From: the human T2T-CHM13v2.0 reference genome, Homo sapiens
Length of the DNA: 64,000 bases
Assembly: GCF_009914755.1 (NCBI RefSeq)
Contig: NC_060939.1
Direction: 5' to 3' (one strand)
Part shown: positions 1 to 19,606 of the stretch, one piece after another
Position numbering within the stretch: the stretch's first letter is position 1
Layout of the letters: each line of letters starts with the position of its first letter
The notes under the pieces: generated by a model
What the model saw: only the letters and a program-made list of their open reading frames with translations
What the model was told of the DNA's origin: nothing
Database searches by the model: none
Position numbers and translations under genes: made by a program

Positions 1-3094
<3,094 letters not shown>

Positions 3095-3254
3095 ATGAGC
3101 ATCTGTCCTGTGACAACATTGAGAAGAAGGCAAAGATCATTCTGAAGCTTGGGGAAAGTGAACACGTAACACTGTGAATAAACAGGTGGACACTGCTTTC
3201 CATCCCATGCTTATCAAACTCTATAAGATTAAAACTTATAAAAAGACTCAGATC

Positions 3255-3617
<363 letters not shown>

Positions 3618-3854
3618 TTAAATTCCTAATAGGAAAAAAATTTTTCATCAAAAGCACCAGGCTTCCTACTCATTCCACTAGGTTAACATGTAGATACATT
3701 AACAGAAATGAGAAAAGAGGGGATAGGTCATGATTGGGCTAAAAGATGGATTCTACTGTGCCTCAGGTTCTCTCTGTATTTTATTAAAGAAATACAGGAA
3801 TGGACTAGACTTTTAAGTAGCAAAAAGCTAAGACCCTAATGAAAATAGTTAGGA

Positions 3855-4168
<314 letters not shown>

Positions 4169-4502
4169 CTAAATAGTCTAAAAACGCTTTCCCTAGCATC
4201 CAGTGAACAGTGTACATTATAGGGCCCAGCCATTAAATATCACCATCTTGGGGAGGATATTCAACTTTGAGATTTAGCTAACTTTTATGAAACACTTAGC
4301 ATTGAGCACAGTTTTTTATATATAAGAGTTATTGCCCATTTGTGTAAAAATCTCTGTGAAACATCATGATGTTTTAAATTCTGAGAACTGCCTGTGTAGT
4401 ATGATCTCCATTTTCCAGATGAAGAAATTGAATTTCAGTTGGGTTAACTCTACTACCCAAAGTGACTCTTCTGAGTTAGGACAAGAATAAAAATGCAGTC
4501 CT

Positions 4503-4869
<367 letters not shown>

Positions 4870-7162
4870 TTACTCTAAGTTAAGACAGGAGACGCCCCAT
4901 GCTATCAAAATGAGATACTCTTAAAATCAGGTGCTGACCGAAGACCTCCTAAACATTTGCAGGATGCACCAGTGTGTTTTGTAAGAAGCTAGGGAAACAG
5001 TGAGTAAAGTGAGATATTCAGATAATCCAACAGAGGGCAGGTGTGTCTGTTTTCTTTATCTACTTTTCTTAGATTATTAATTCATGGAAATGTAACATTT
5101 GTTCAACCAGGCACCATTTGTCACGGCTGGAATACAACCTAGAGCCGATCAGCCTTGCAAATAGCTTTCAAATCCATCAGTGTGCTTGCTGCCCTCCCAC
5201 AGAAGCAGTCGTGTTTGCACTGAATGTGTCTGCATTGCCAGATTTCTCTTCTTTGCAATCTTCGCCCTTGCGCCACCTTTTCTGCATCTGCAGCCCTTTG
5301 CCCGTGGGTCTCAGACTCTCCCTGAGATTCCTTTCATTTATTGTCTTCAAACTCTGAGATGGAGGAGAGGCACTTGGGGACTCGGGGCCCTCATAACTCT
5401 GGGCTAAAGACGGTGCTTCCAGTTAAATCCCAGGTTCCATAGGGAACAAGCAGTAGCCTTTGGAAATTTCAGATCCTGGCCTTGGCATGCCTAAGAAAGC
5501 ACTTCTGACAATGAGATTAGCCATGTTAGTATGAGGATCAAACAACCCAAATATCTGCCTTTGTTAGAAAAACATTGTTTTGTGTTTACACAGAACATGT
5601 GTCCAACTTGAAGCATTTTCACCAGAAATACCTGAGTTTACCTGCCCCTAACTCTGAAACCCGAGTCCTATGATGACTCTCTACAGTGAGAAAGTTACCA
5701 CACAGAGCAGTTAAGGGGCTTCCCCAAGACAGCCCAGCTAATCACAGAGGAACAGAGCCCACATTCCACAGGGTTAGCCCCTCGCTTCAGCTCCATGAGT
5801 TTGCATCAACTACCCGTCTCTGAAAAAAAAACCATGGGAAGAAAAAAAGAGCAGCCGATATTTAATTTCACCCTAGATGGCTGCCACGTTTCTGGTAACT
5901 TATTGTGTGTTCTCTTAAGCTATAGGCCAGGGGGTCCCAACTCTTTTCCACTGCAAGACCAATTAACTAGCCATGGGAACTTTTGTTGTGATTTTCCAGT
6001 AGACAGTCCAAAAAGACTCAGGGCATTTATTGAAAACCATTTAAAGGTGAGCAGGTTTTCATCCCCATCAACACTCAGGATATATTCCTTCCCCATTTGA
6101 GTTGTCCTATGGAAGACTTCTGCCCTGAATGGGGTAAGGAGCTCCGTGATGAGTTATGAATCAGAAACTGGGAATGTGTCACCAGGGGACCCCGTGGCCT
6201 ATCCAGGTGGCTTTTTTCTCTCTTCTTTTTTCCCTCTTTCTATTCCACTGCTTTCTGAAGCAACTGCAAAGTTCTTGTCTAGCCATGCCAGTGTCAGTAA
6301 TGTCAGTTCTGAGCAATCTCTTCCCAAGAGCCTCAGCAACACAGGTCAAATGATGGCCACAGTGCCCCTAGGTGAGGTCCATTAGCAGCATGTTCAGAAA
6401 CAGCGATGGACTCCTTTCTGACATCACAAGGCCCTCATTAGGCACTGTGGAAAGTCAAACAATGAGGCACAGCTGAACCTTCAGTGGTTCCACAGTGGAA
6501 AATATGGGTGAAAGCATAAAGGAGAGTCAAAAAACACAAAAATATACAACATGGGCCTTTCCTAGTTTCCAAGGACCCAGTTAGAACAGTGACCTGGTCA
6601 GGCCTGGAGACTAACTGGAGATGACAGAGAATACACAATTCTTAAAACGTTTTTGTTTAACACAATCTCACCTTGTACCTGAACCATTAACACTTTTCCA
6701 ATCCCAGCTTCTTGCCAACCTCCCAACTAAAACTTCATACCCTCAATGGAAGGCTACAAAATGGTTTGCAATCCATTGCAACAAGGGGAAAATCATGCTT
6801 TTTTCCGGAGTCTTCATTTATCCCTGAATGTCACACAAATGAACGTTTCAGTACATGGTACTCTATAGCAAAGTATACTTTGCACTGGGTCACTGCAAAA
6901 TACTATAACTGTTTCAGAGGGATTGTGTTTAATAAAGATGGAGCTGCCTGCAAGGTACCTTTCATGATTCTCCAAGGCAGTGTGAACGACACATGTTCCT
7001 GAGTGTGGACCAGAGGATTCTTTGCTAGGAACATAGTGCATCTTCCTAGAATGCCACTCTGTGCTCTCTGTTTCACAGTGTAAGGGACATTGGGGTGGGG
7101 GATACAAAGCGTGAGTCCTTTAATCTCTGTGACTTTCTGAATTGCTTTCTTTTCTGCTTCAG

Positions 7163-7212
7163 CCTGTTCTGCAAACTTGCCGCTCTCGTTAGACACAGAA
7201 TTTCCCTCTTTG
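7163..7212 (+). CDS. RYR3: RYR3 exon, 50 nt: xLFCKLAALVRHRISLF(G)
   Basis: ttttctgcttcag acceptor; G|gtaagt donor; phase 2 to 1. Confidence 0.96.
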
Positions 7213-7616
7213 GTAAGTGAAGTGTTGCTCAAGGTACCGCTCCTCCCTGTAATTATCTTGAACTTGCACTTTGCCTTTATTTGTGTCTTCCTCAGACAAC
7301 CCGGGCCTTGGGACTAAGGTGTCACCTAAATTTGCCATAGAAAATTGATCTGAAGCATGATAAATGACCTCTTTACCCTTTTAACTGCTCAGATTTTCCA
7401 CACCAATGAAAATTTTAAGCTCTACCTCTGACATCCATCATAAAGCAAGGCTGTGTCAGGCTAGAAATTAATGCATTGTCGCTGAACACAGGCCCAGGAC
7501 TTTATGTGTTGGTAGTTAATTACGCTGGGGCTGTGGCTTGTGCATATGGAGAAGACTGCATTTGAAAGACAGGCTGAGTGGTTTGAGGGAATCACAGATG
7601 ATTTTTTTTATTCCAG

Positions 7617-7677
7617 GTAGTGATTCTACTACAATGGTGAGCTGTCTTCACATCTTAGCTCAGACACTTGACACAAG
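7617..7677 (+). CDS. RYR3: RYR3 exon, 61 nt: (G)SDSTTMVSCLHILAQTLDT(R)
   Basis: tttttattccag acceptor; AG|gtaagt donor; phase 1 to 2. Confidence 0.96.
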
Positions 7678-8020
7678 GTAAGTCTGCCCAGTTTTTCCCA
7701 ATAGTTTCTCATGACTTCCTCTCTGACCCTCTCATCTCACTAATTATACTGAAGAGAAGACAGATCGCTGCTGCCAGGCTTTGAGAAGAGAGGAGAGACA
7801 GGGCAAAGACCCTAGAAGTTAGCACTCTCTTTTTCTCAGTTCACATAACGAGAGCCACTGCCATGGCATAGACGGAATGCAAAGGCCTGATCAATTCTTA
7901 TCTTTCCTTCCTAAGAAGTTTGTCTTTCAGAAGATAAAATATATAATGTGGCAAACCCCACTGGTGGGTGATGAATCTACAAATGTTATGGGAAAGATGA
8001 ACCACAGCGCTCTGAATTCA

Positions 8021-8507
<487 letters not shown>

Positions 8508-8539
8508 TTAACATGCCCATTAAGAAGGGTCCTTGTCAG

Positions 8540-8643
8540 AGCCGGGCACCATGATTTCTGCCTATAGTCGAAGCTACTCAGGAGTTCAAGACCAGCCTGA
8601 ATAATGTAGAGAGACCTCATCTTTAAAAAAAAAAAAAAGAAAG
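8540..8643 (+). mobile_element. Degenerate Alu monomer fragment
   Basis: caggagttcaagaccagcctg then A tract; internally deleted. Confidence 0.7.
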
Positions 8644-8960
8644 AAACGTCTTTATCAAAATTGGGAGGAGGACACACCTCCTAAGACCCAATGCAAAAGA
8701 GGTTACCAACCTAAAAGAGTGGGACACTAAAAGAGCGTCCCAAAGATGAAAATCCACAATGAACTGAGAATGGCTATAAAAAAGGAGGAGAGTAAGGACT
8801 ATTAAAGGGATGAGAAATCTTTACTCCAAGAAACTTGGGAAAAGTCTTGAGAGAGTCCAGTTTTTTGTTTGTTTGTTTTATTTTGTTTTGTTTTATTTTA
8901 AATGAAGGTCAGTTGCAGGTTGGTGTGTTTAGTAATTATTCCTGACAAAACCTGGGACTA

Positions 8961-9249
<289 letters not shown>

Positions 9250-9757
9250 GTTAGAAAGATAGCCCATGAATACTTATAGGATAAGAACAAGCCTAACTGA
9301 CTTTATTTCTTTGTTTGTATTGTCTTGATGAGTTGAATGATTATCAGGAAAATGATGTAGATAAAAAGCATCTGTCCTTGAACCAAGTCTTTCATAATCT
9401 TCTGAATAAGATATAGAAATACAAAACTTATAGATGACTTGTAAGCTTTGTTCCAATTCTAAGTTTTATGAAATACTGTAGTTTTGAGGGAAGGCTTCAA
9501 ATCTCCATAGCTGATCTTCATCCCTGTAGATCACATTTCAATGTTTTGTTTTGTGTTTTCCAGAGGTCTGATTAAGCTGTCTACTTTAAAACGGCTAGTT
9601 GTCTCTTTTCTCTTTCCTCATCCAACCTAGGACGTTTCCTGCAAACTAACAGAAATCTAAGCTTCTGTTGACTTATTTCCTTGCTCTTTTCCTCTAAGAG
9701 GTCTTACATCGGAAGAGTTTATGTTTCTAGCTAACCTTTATAAAAGTTGTTTATCTA

Positions 9758-10093
<336 letters not shown>

Positions 10094-10423
10094 TTAACTA
10101 GATCTTTACAGAAGACTTTAGCCAGTTGCAACTTACTGTAGATAATAGTGGGTGACCAATATTGGCTTCATTCTAAATTGTTCTCTGCATTTCCTGAAGA
10201 GGTGAGCAATGTTTTCCTCAGACTGTCCAGTGGCTAGCCCCTCTGGGATTGTGTGATTCAGGTTTCTTCCTGGATGTTAACTGCTCTCTCCCTTTCTCCT
10301 GACACAGTGTCATTGAGTGACAGGAGTGGCAAATGTCTGCCCAGACGACACTGCCAGTTTCAAGAAGGGGATTGGCCAAAAGTTCAGATTATGCTTCTAG
10401 ATTTGAACATTGTTTGCTTGCAG

Positions 10424-10662
10424 GACTGTCATGAAGTCAGGCTCAGAGCTGGTGAAGGCTGGGTTACGAGCATTCTTTGAAAATGCTGCAGAAGATTTGG
10501 AGAAGACTTCAGAAAACCTGAAACTTGGGAAGTTCACCCATTCCCGAACGCAGATTAAAGGCGTTTCTCAGAATATTAACTACACTACAGTGGCTCTGCT
10601 CCCCATCCTGACGTCCATCTTTGAGCACGTCACTCAGCATCAGTTTGGAATGGATCTACTCT
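10424..10662 (+). CDS. RYR3: RYR3 exon, 239 nt: (R)[13 protein letters not shown]...QHQFGMDLL(L)
   Basis: tgtttgcttgcag acceptor; T|gtgagt donor; lies within ORF 10410-10793. Confidence 0.97.
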
Positions 10663-10800
10663 GTGAGTTCTACTGGTATTTGTCGTGGATGTATGTGCAC
10701 ATGGCCCCAGATAGGAGGTGCAGGGCCCATTCACTTACATTGACCTTGAGGGCAGAGCAGAGAGAGAATTATTCCATGCCTTTTCTTTCTTAGATTAAAA

Positions 10801-10824
10801 AAGAAGAAGAAGAAGAAGAAGAAG
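10801..10824 (+). repeat. (GAA)n microsatellite
   Basis: aagaagaagaagaagaagaagaag. Confidence 0.9.
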
Positions 10825-12037
10825 TAATATACTCTTGGAATGGAAAGAAATTCCCTAATTTGAGTATATAATATTTATCTTTTTCCACTTTTGTTCTGGA
10901 CCAGAATTTCCCATCTGCCTGTCTAGCTCTCAGCTATTGTACTCTCGCTTAATTTCAAAGGTTATCTGAGTAATACAGTGGGAGATACAGATTTGCTCCT
11001 GGGTTTTTGAGACATCATTTTTCTTATTAAGAAGACTTAATTTATTCATTGGATACCAGGAGCAAAGGAAAAATGCTAACATTTCCTTATCTGAGCTTTC
11101 GGAAGACCAAAGTTGGTTGGTTTTATTTTAGTTTGCATTAACACCATATTTAGTGCCACCACCTCCTCCAGCCCCCTGTGCAGATAGTCTGCCACCAGAC
11201 TTCAGTTTTACACTTTAAATATTGGGACATGATTTAATTTGACCAGTTGTTGATAGCTAAGACTATGTCTTTCATATCCTTGAACAACTGAAAATCAGTG
11301 ATTTCTGTTGTGTGGGGGCTGGAAGAACATCCAAACTCATTATTTTGTGCCATAGAAACAGTGCAGTTCCTTGGTCGGAAAAGAAAACATTAAATTAGTT
11401 CTGAAAGTAGTCCCGGCCTTGGTATGAGCTCTAGACATGGCTAGGGATGTGTAGCCGCCAGATTCACAAGCAAAACATGCCCTTCCCCTAGGAAACATGA
11501 TAAAATCATACTATTGAATTGCCTTTTGCAGAACACCCAGCAGAGAACCTGGGATAGGCAGATGTGAGGGATTTTGCTCTATCTCTAAGGGAAGTCTAGC
11601 AGTTGGACGTATCTTCCTGGGAAATGAGCAAAAGGCTCATTCAAGCTTCAGATTTTCTGCATTCATCCTTCCAAAGGAAGGAAATATTGCCCTGGATAAA
11701 ACTGGGCTAAAATGTCTCTATTGGAAACGAACCAAATCGCATTATGGAAGGACCCATTGGTCAAATGATTCCTTTCCCTGTGAAGCGATGTAATCTTCAT
11801 GATAAGCCCCACAAAGGAACTGGGATTGCTCAGTGGAGGATTTTTCCTATATTTTTTTTTTCCTAGTCCAGCAATTAGCAAACTGGCATCTGGGTAGAAA
11901 AGGGATATGTTTGTTGAGAGAGAAAGGGAGAGATCTTTTACTCTTTACTGATGCTCATGCATTTTTTTTTTCCTCTTCATGGATCCTTTCTGTATTCAGG
12001 ATTGATGCAAATCAATGATATTTCTTCTTTGTTTCAG

Positions 12038-12119
12038 TGGGTGATGTGCAGATTTCATGCTACCACATACTGTGCAGCCTCTACTCCCTTGGGACGGGAA
12101 AGAACATTTATGTTGAAAG
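12038..12119 (+). CDS. RYR3: RYR3 exon, 82 nt: (L)[26 protein letters not shown](R)
   Basis: ttctttgtttcag acceptor; AG|gtaatt donor. Confidence 0.96.
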
Positions 12120-15100
12120 GTAATTAGTGAACGAAGAGGCTAACACTTTCAGGCATAGTAAAATGTTACTTACAGCCTTTTACACACTTAATGATATCAT
12201 TTCAATCCAGCAAGACCAAAATGCTCACTGATACAGAATGGTGGTTTTGAGCCTTGTTTATGACATGCTTTTGGCAATGTAAAGAAGTGCAATGATGAGG
12301 CTATTGAGATTTATGACTCCCGTGGAGATAGCTGGCGAATGTATGTGGCTGGAGAAGCAATATAGCCAAGCTAAATCAGGTGCTCATAACCAAAATGTGT
12401 TGGAGATATGTCTGCTTCTTCAGAATCACAGCTTCTAAATAGCTTCCAGAGTTTCTGAGGTTAAAGTGCGCTGAGAAGCTCAAGGGACATGAGGCAGTTG
12501 CTTTAGTGTTTAATGAGTTTCTGTGTGCTACAACCCTGGACTTTTACCAGTCTTGGCTGTCGGATTTGCCATAGTTTTCAACAAGTGCACACTTTGGTAT
12601 TAGCAATGCTAGTCAATACTCTTGAGTCTGAGCAAGCTGACTGCAGAAGCGTGTGGGTTCCAGTTTTGCCTCTCTAATCTGCTTGTCACAGCAGAGACCC
12701 TCGGTGACCCCTTGCTTTTCAGCATCAAATGCCTTGTGTTCTGTTGTTGTTCTGTTTAATCCATGGGGAAGATTGGGAGGATAAACAGTATTAACAAAAC
12801 TAGATCTTACTCTTATCCTTGGAAGATTTTTGTTTTCTTTCTTGCCTTTTCAAACAAGCAAACTGGAAAGAATTCGGTCTGTGCTTACAATTACTTAATC
12901 GAAAATCCTTCGGTATCTGCTTTCTATGTGCTGCCTCTATGTATAATGCTTTTATCAAACAAATTGGTAGTGAACCCTCGTCTCATGTCAGAACTTATAT
13001 TTATTCAAATTGCAGTTTCTCAATATAGCCAAAGATGAAATAAAAGACTTCAGCCCCTTCAAGAACTAAGGAACTACTGACTTGAAGTCATGTACTAGAA
13101 ACCAAAAAATGTTGTAGAAATGTCTGTTTCTTCATAATCACGGCTTCTAAATAGCTTCCAGAATACAAGAAATTGAGGAACTAATGGCTGCGTTTGTTTT
13201 TATTATGATTTTAAGTCTTTAACAGTTGTCAGGCTTTCCTTACTGTTTTACATAAAATATAGATAAATCATTTGTAATTTAGGATAGGAACTGGGCAGAC
13301 AAAGTTTTATCCATATTTTATACCAAATCACAGAAAAATCAACCAAAAATTTTTCTATTAATGCCAAATTTCACTTGAGGCAGATGTTTTTAGTTTATTT
13401 CTCCCACTGAGCATTTGTAAATACATCCTCAGTATCTTTCTCATTCTCTTGTTATATGTATATAAGTATACATTCACTCATATGTCTGTATGTTTCTTGG
13501 TACAATTTTTTGTAAAGCTTATGCATTCTTCTCTTGAAAAAAAAAAAAGTCAAAAAGTCAACTCTGAAGTGTCAGACCAGAAAAAGACTGCTCTTCATGT
13601 GACTTTCTATCCTTTATTCATGGATTCATTCCAGGTTGATTGTGTATCTGCAGCACCGTGAAAATAGTGCCTGTGCTTCGTGCTCCATGTTGGTAGAAGT
13701 CAAGGCTTGGAGAAGCCCCTAGGTTAAGGCTGTCCCTATTGCTTTTTTCTGTATTTTTTTTCCTAAATATTTTTTCCCCTGAACTATGTTTCTCATCTGT
13801 GTGTTGGTTATTAGGTACATTGCTAGTTCTCGGGAGTGGAGAGGATGTGTGTGCTTGTGTGTTTTAAAATGGAGGAGAATGAACAGGAAGAAACAGCAGG
13901 CAGCTTCGCATCTGAGAACCTGGCTCAGGACTAACTCTTTCTCCCTAAATCAGCCGTGTGTTTAGCCCTAGCAATGTACCAACGCTCAGCCTCTCATGTT
14001 CTCCCCCAGCTAAAGTAAGCAGCTGGCCCAGGTGAGAGGTTGGTGAAACTCAGTGCATCCTAGAGTCATAAGACTTGTGTTTAGTGATTTAATGTAACTG
14101 TATTCCCTACTTAGAGAACTCAAGTCAGTGGCCACAAAACGGGCTACTTCTTTCGCTTTGCCTGACCTCCAGGGTTTCTCTAGGCTAGGAGTCCAAGTTA
14201 TGAGAATGGCAGATGGCATGTATACTTTTCCCTACTCTGTTCCCATCTGCTACTCTGTAATGGAACGTGGCCCCACACGCATGCTGCCCACCAGGTCTCC
14301 CGTGGCCTGCTCACACACTTCATCCTCATTGTTTCAGGCAAAACCTTATCTTTTGGCCCCCTTAAAACCCCTATATTCACTTACAGAGGCCAAAGTCCTC
14401 TTCCAGGTCTGGAAAGTATGTTTCCATTTCGGTGTCCTTACTTGATTTGGTTTTCATATTTTATGGGTTCAGAGTTACCGTACATTTTCCAATTTTAGCA
14501 TAGATCAAGATGTCTTCCCAGTTTCTTTTCATTTCTTGTGGGTTTCACAGAGGAAAGTACAATGAACCCACCATTTCTCTACCACCTTTTGCTGGCGTCT
14601 CCTTGACTGATGAACGTATGTAAGGGAATCACTACATACTTGCTTTCCAGCTACACCTGGAGTATGCTTTGTAGATAGAAATGATTCAAGACACCTTGGT
14701 GATAGGGTTGACTGTGAGGGGCAAAGTCACTGAAACAGAGTACAGACATTTCTTTTGGAATGTTTTCTAATTGAGACAACAACACTGAGAATGTCATTGA
14801 CAAGTGGAGTTTGCAGACACAAAATTTCAGAGAAGGGTAATGGTTTGTGCATTTAATCATGCAGAATACCGAATTATTTAACTTGGAGATACTTTGATGA
14901 ACTTAAAGAGCATTTGATGGGGGTTATTCAAGAAAGCAAAGCTTGAAACTTGGTAACGTTAAACACTGGGTCTCAGTTTTGTTTCAAATGAAGACTGAGT
15001 TTTCTACTTCATGCTTTAAAGCTATTTTGTTTCTTTCATCCTGTCTGGCTCCCTTTGACCAATTATTTCTGATCAGACATTGCACAATGTTCCCTAAACC

Positions 15101-15484
15101 TCTAAGGTCACCATCACTGCTGTCTAGACCCGTGTCCTGCCCTGTCCCCACTGTGCTTTCTGCTTCTCTGTTACATGTTATTTCCTCTCTTTAGTACCCT
15201 CTGGAATATAAATGAAGGAACTTTCAAAATTGCAAAGCACCATTTACGTGCAAGATATTATTATTATTACTTTGATGACTTTGTCTTTTCCTATATCCCT
15301 AACAATCGATTTTGAAAGGCAAGATTCAGATACATGGAAATAAAACTGAGAGATTGAAAAGGAAAGTGCTACTTGTCAAATTAGGATGTAACAAAAACTG
15401 AAATACAAACTGAACACTGTCCAGTCTGTCACCATTGACCAAGTATGTATTGTGTGAAAAATACTGTATGAGGCAGTGAGAACC

Positions 15485-15698
15485 GAGACCAGACGAGCCT
15501 GGGCAACCTGGCAAGACCCAGTGGCTACAAAAATTTTTTAAATCAGCCAGTCATGGTGGCACATGCCATAGTCCTAACTATTCAAGAGGCTGAGGTGGGA
15601 GGATTGTGTGAGCCCAGGCTTTCAAGGCTGCAGTAAGCTGTGATAGCAGCACTGCACTCCAGCCTAGGCTACGAAACAAGAACTTGTCTCTAAATAAA
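15485..15698 (+). mobile_element. 5'-truncated old AluJ
   Basis: gaggctgaggtgggaggattgtgtgagcccagg...gcactccagcct. Confidence 0.8.
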
Positions 15699-16281
15699 GA
15701 GAGTTTCCATATCCAATGATAAACCCTTCCAATATATCCTCTGGTTATTATGGAGCTGTTTCTGTAGGCTTTTCTCTGTGGGAAGCTTGGCCCATACCAA
15801 CACTCCCTGCTGGGGAGCACTAATGACCAGTGAGCCTTATATTAATAACAGCAAGTCTTTGCCTAGCTCAATCCCTCCTTGGGCTTTGGGACCAAAGTCA
15901 TTCACACTGATACTTCATAGCCAGGAGCATTAATTGGCAGACTTCTGGGTTTTACTTTTACAGACTTCTCAGTTTTACTTTTTTTTTTCCCCTGGGTTTA
16001 ACTTTTTAACAGCTAGGCCAAGAGAGCTGTTGTTTATTTCTTATAAGAAGCTACTTAGCACCAATGTGCACCCCAGAGTAGAAAATGCCCTGTTGTGGAG
16101 CTTGTGGAGTGGTCAGGTTTGTTAGTAATTAAAATATGAGAGGGCAGGGCCAGTCCCCTGAGTCAACACAGCACCAGAGAACTGAGACTTAGCAACAGCC
16201 TTTTACCCCAAGGACTGCCTTCGTGTCTGACTAACCTTCTAGAAATCCACTTTCAGGAGATCATGGTTTTAATTTTGGTCA

Positions 16282-16701
<420 letters not shown>

Positions 16702-17717
16702 CTATCAGATTTGAAATCTTACCCCTTGTTATTCCTGATTTTCATCCAGGTTTTCTTTCCCAATGCTCTCCCTGTGGCCTTTCTTGTCCTTTCACAATTT
16801 ATCTCCTTATTTCTTCCTCCAATTCACAAAGCAAGACTGAAGAGAGAAAACACCATATTTCTCCTCATTGGCCACTGTGGTAAAGATGGTAAAACTCTTA
16901 GCTGAAAAAAATTGCCTCTTGTGAATGCCTGTATTTGATATGTAGAGGCACTCACTATCCTCAGTTGTCACCGAGGGAATTGGCAACTCAGGTCTGAAGT
17001 TAAAATGATGCCCCTCTTCCCACACCTGGCCACCACCTGGAACTTAGTAAAGAAGAGAAATAATCGGGGAAGAGCAGGTGCTGAGGAGGAAAGGCAGGGG
17101 AATAGGCCTGGCCTGGGGCCTGCCCAGAAGTGAAGCTGCATTGTGAAAGCTTCGCCAATATCACCTGCGTCTCAGCAGTCTCCGTCTCTGGGCAGCATTG
17201 ATACACAGGGCACAATAGGACTGGTTTGTCCAAGGGCCTCCACTCTGCCTCTGGAGCAGTCCTGGGTGGGGAGGTTTTAGCAGTCAAACATTTATCCAAA
17301 GGACAAGACTGAGCCATCAGCTAAGAAGAGATTGCCTGACTGAGGACCTGTCAATCCAGTGTTGCTGACTGGGGGCTGATTTTGAAGTTATCGGCTCAAA
17401 TGCTTCATAGCCAAGTAGGCTATCAGCCAAGCCTAAGAAGAAGATAAAACATAAAACCACATATATTAACTTCCCCTTATAGTAATTTAAAAGATCACTT
17501 TTTAAAATATGTTTGGTAACTTGAATGAAGACTGGGTGGCTTTTCGAAGGAATGCACAGCTTTCTGCCAACTCACCCACCCTTCCCTCCTCCTTCTCTCT
17601 AGTTCAGCAGATTTATATCTCAAGGAGAGCACTTCTATATACCCTAGATTTGCTGTCTGCAGATTCTATCATAGTCTTGTGCAGTCATTTTTCTTCAAGA
17701 CCAGTTAAGATCACAAT

Positions 17718-17800
17718 TTTTCTTTTCTTTTCTTTTTTTTTCTTTTTGAGTTGGAGTCTTGCCCTGTCACCAAGGCTGGAGTGCAATGGTGTGATCTCAA
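17718..17800 (-). mobile_element. Alu 3'-end fragment
   Basis: T tract then gagtcttgccctgtcaccaaggctggagtgcaatgg. Confidence 0.8.
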
Positions 17801-18223
17801 GCCTTTTGTTTTTGTTTGTTTGCTTGCTTCACAGGAAGACTTAAGAACCAGACCTTAAGATATGGTGGACAGTCAACTATTTGTACAAAAGAGGGAAAGG
17901 AGTAACCGTTATCTGAGGTCTCTCCTGTAAATCAAGCAGTAGGTTTTAGGACCTATTGTTTCTGTTGTAAGGGCAGGTCTTTTATTTTTGTGTCTCATTG
18001 GTGCTTTGGTGTGCTACCTACTGTTCCCACTAGTGGACACAGGCTCCATCCATAGCAGAGAAGAGACACAGAGAAATTACACAGATTTCAAAGCATTTTT
18101 GAGAACAGGGAAGGATCCATCTCAATTTGGATACCAGCAGAACTTGCTCTCACACATGCTGGGAGAGAGGGACAAAGCCGCACAGTGTGTTATATCATCT
18201 TAACCAGTTAAGAACTAGGATCT

Positions 18224-18632
<409 letters not shown>

Positions 18633-18713
18633 CTATGGGGAAGGCCTGATCTGCCAATGCATGGGGCCAGCATGTGGGGGGCCACACTTCTCAATGGACT
18701 TCTTTGTTTCCAG

Positions 18714-18844
18714 GCAACGCCCTGCCCTTGGAGAATGTCTGGCCTCGCTGGCAGCTGCCATACCAGTGGCATTCCTGGAGCCCACCCTTAATCGCTACAA
18801 TCCACTCTCGGTCTTCAACACCAAAACCCCCAGGGAGAGGTCTA
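18714..18844 (+). CDS. RYR3: RYR3 exon, 131 nt: (R)[23 protein letters not shown]...KTPRERS(I)
   Basis: tctttgtttccag acceptor; A|gtaagt donor. Confidence 0.97.
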
Positions 18845-19390
18845 GTAAGTATCTCCCCTCAAAGGTCATCAACCCATTTCATGTGCTGAGAGGAGAGGAG
18901 CCACACAGGCAGGGAGCAGCAGCCCTGCAGCACTGTGGCTTTCTTGGTCTGAGAGGAGCCAGGAGGTGAGGTTAGGGACTAGGTTGCAGGTCTGCATCTT
19001 ACTGGAGAAATAAGCATGGGCAAGGCTTTGTTATAATTAGGCTTTGGTTTCCTCTTCTCTAAAGTGAGGAGTCAGTGTTGCTGATTTTGAAATCCTTTCC
19101 ATCCTAAGACCTCAGGGTCTCTTGTCTGCTCTGGGTTTCAGTTCCCCCTCTGCACCTGGGGATGTGACTCCTTTTTTGCAGTGCCTCTCCAGAGTGGTAT
19201 CAGAAGGTGCACATCCACAGTAATAACCCAGTTATACTCTTCAAGTCCATGGAGAGGCGTGCTTCTAAAGATGCTGATGACACATTTTTGTCCTCATGGA
19301 AGATAAGACATAGAAAAGCACCAAAAGGAAGAGAAAGTGTACAAGAAAGAATATTTCTTAGCAAACATATTGACACGCTAGGTTCCACAA

Positions 19391-19606
19391 CAGGGTGGCA
19401 AACTATGACCACAGGGCAAATTTGGCCCCCTGCCTATTTTTGTAAATAAAGTTTTATTTGAACACAACCACACCTACTTACGTACATTTGGTCTGTGGCT
19501 GCTTTAGCACGACAATGGCAGAGTTGAGTAGAGGCAGGAAAGTTTGGCCCGCGAGGCCTAAAATATTTACTATCTGGCCCTCTACAGGAAACGTTTTCCA
19601 CCCTCT
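19391..19606 (+). mobile_element. MER58A-like hAT DNA transposon relic
   Basis: caggg..gcaaactat...ttttgtaaataaagttttattg...cctaaaatatttactatctggccc signature. Confidence 0.82.

Noticed and set aside
5040-7140. Unique sequence that might hold the preceding RYR3 exon
   Set aside because: No RyR-like peptide (e.g. KEKEM motif) with splice sites found; that exon lies upstream of the window
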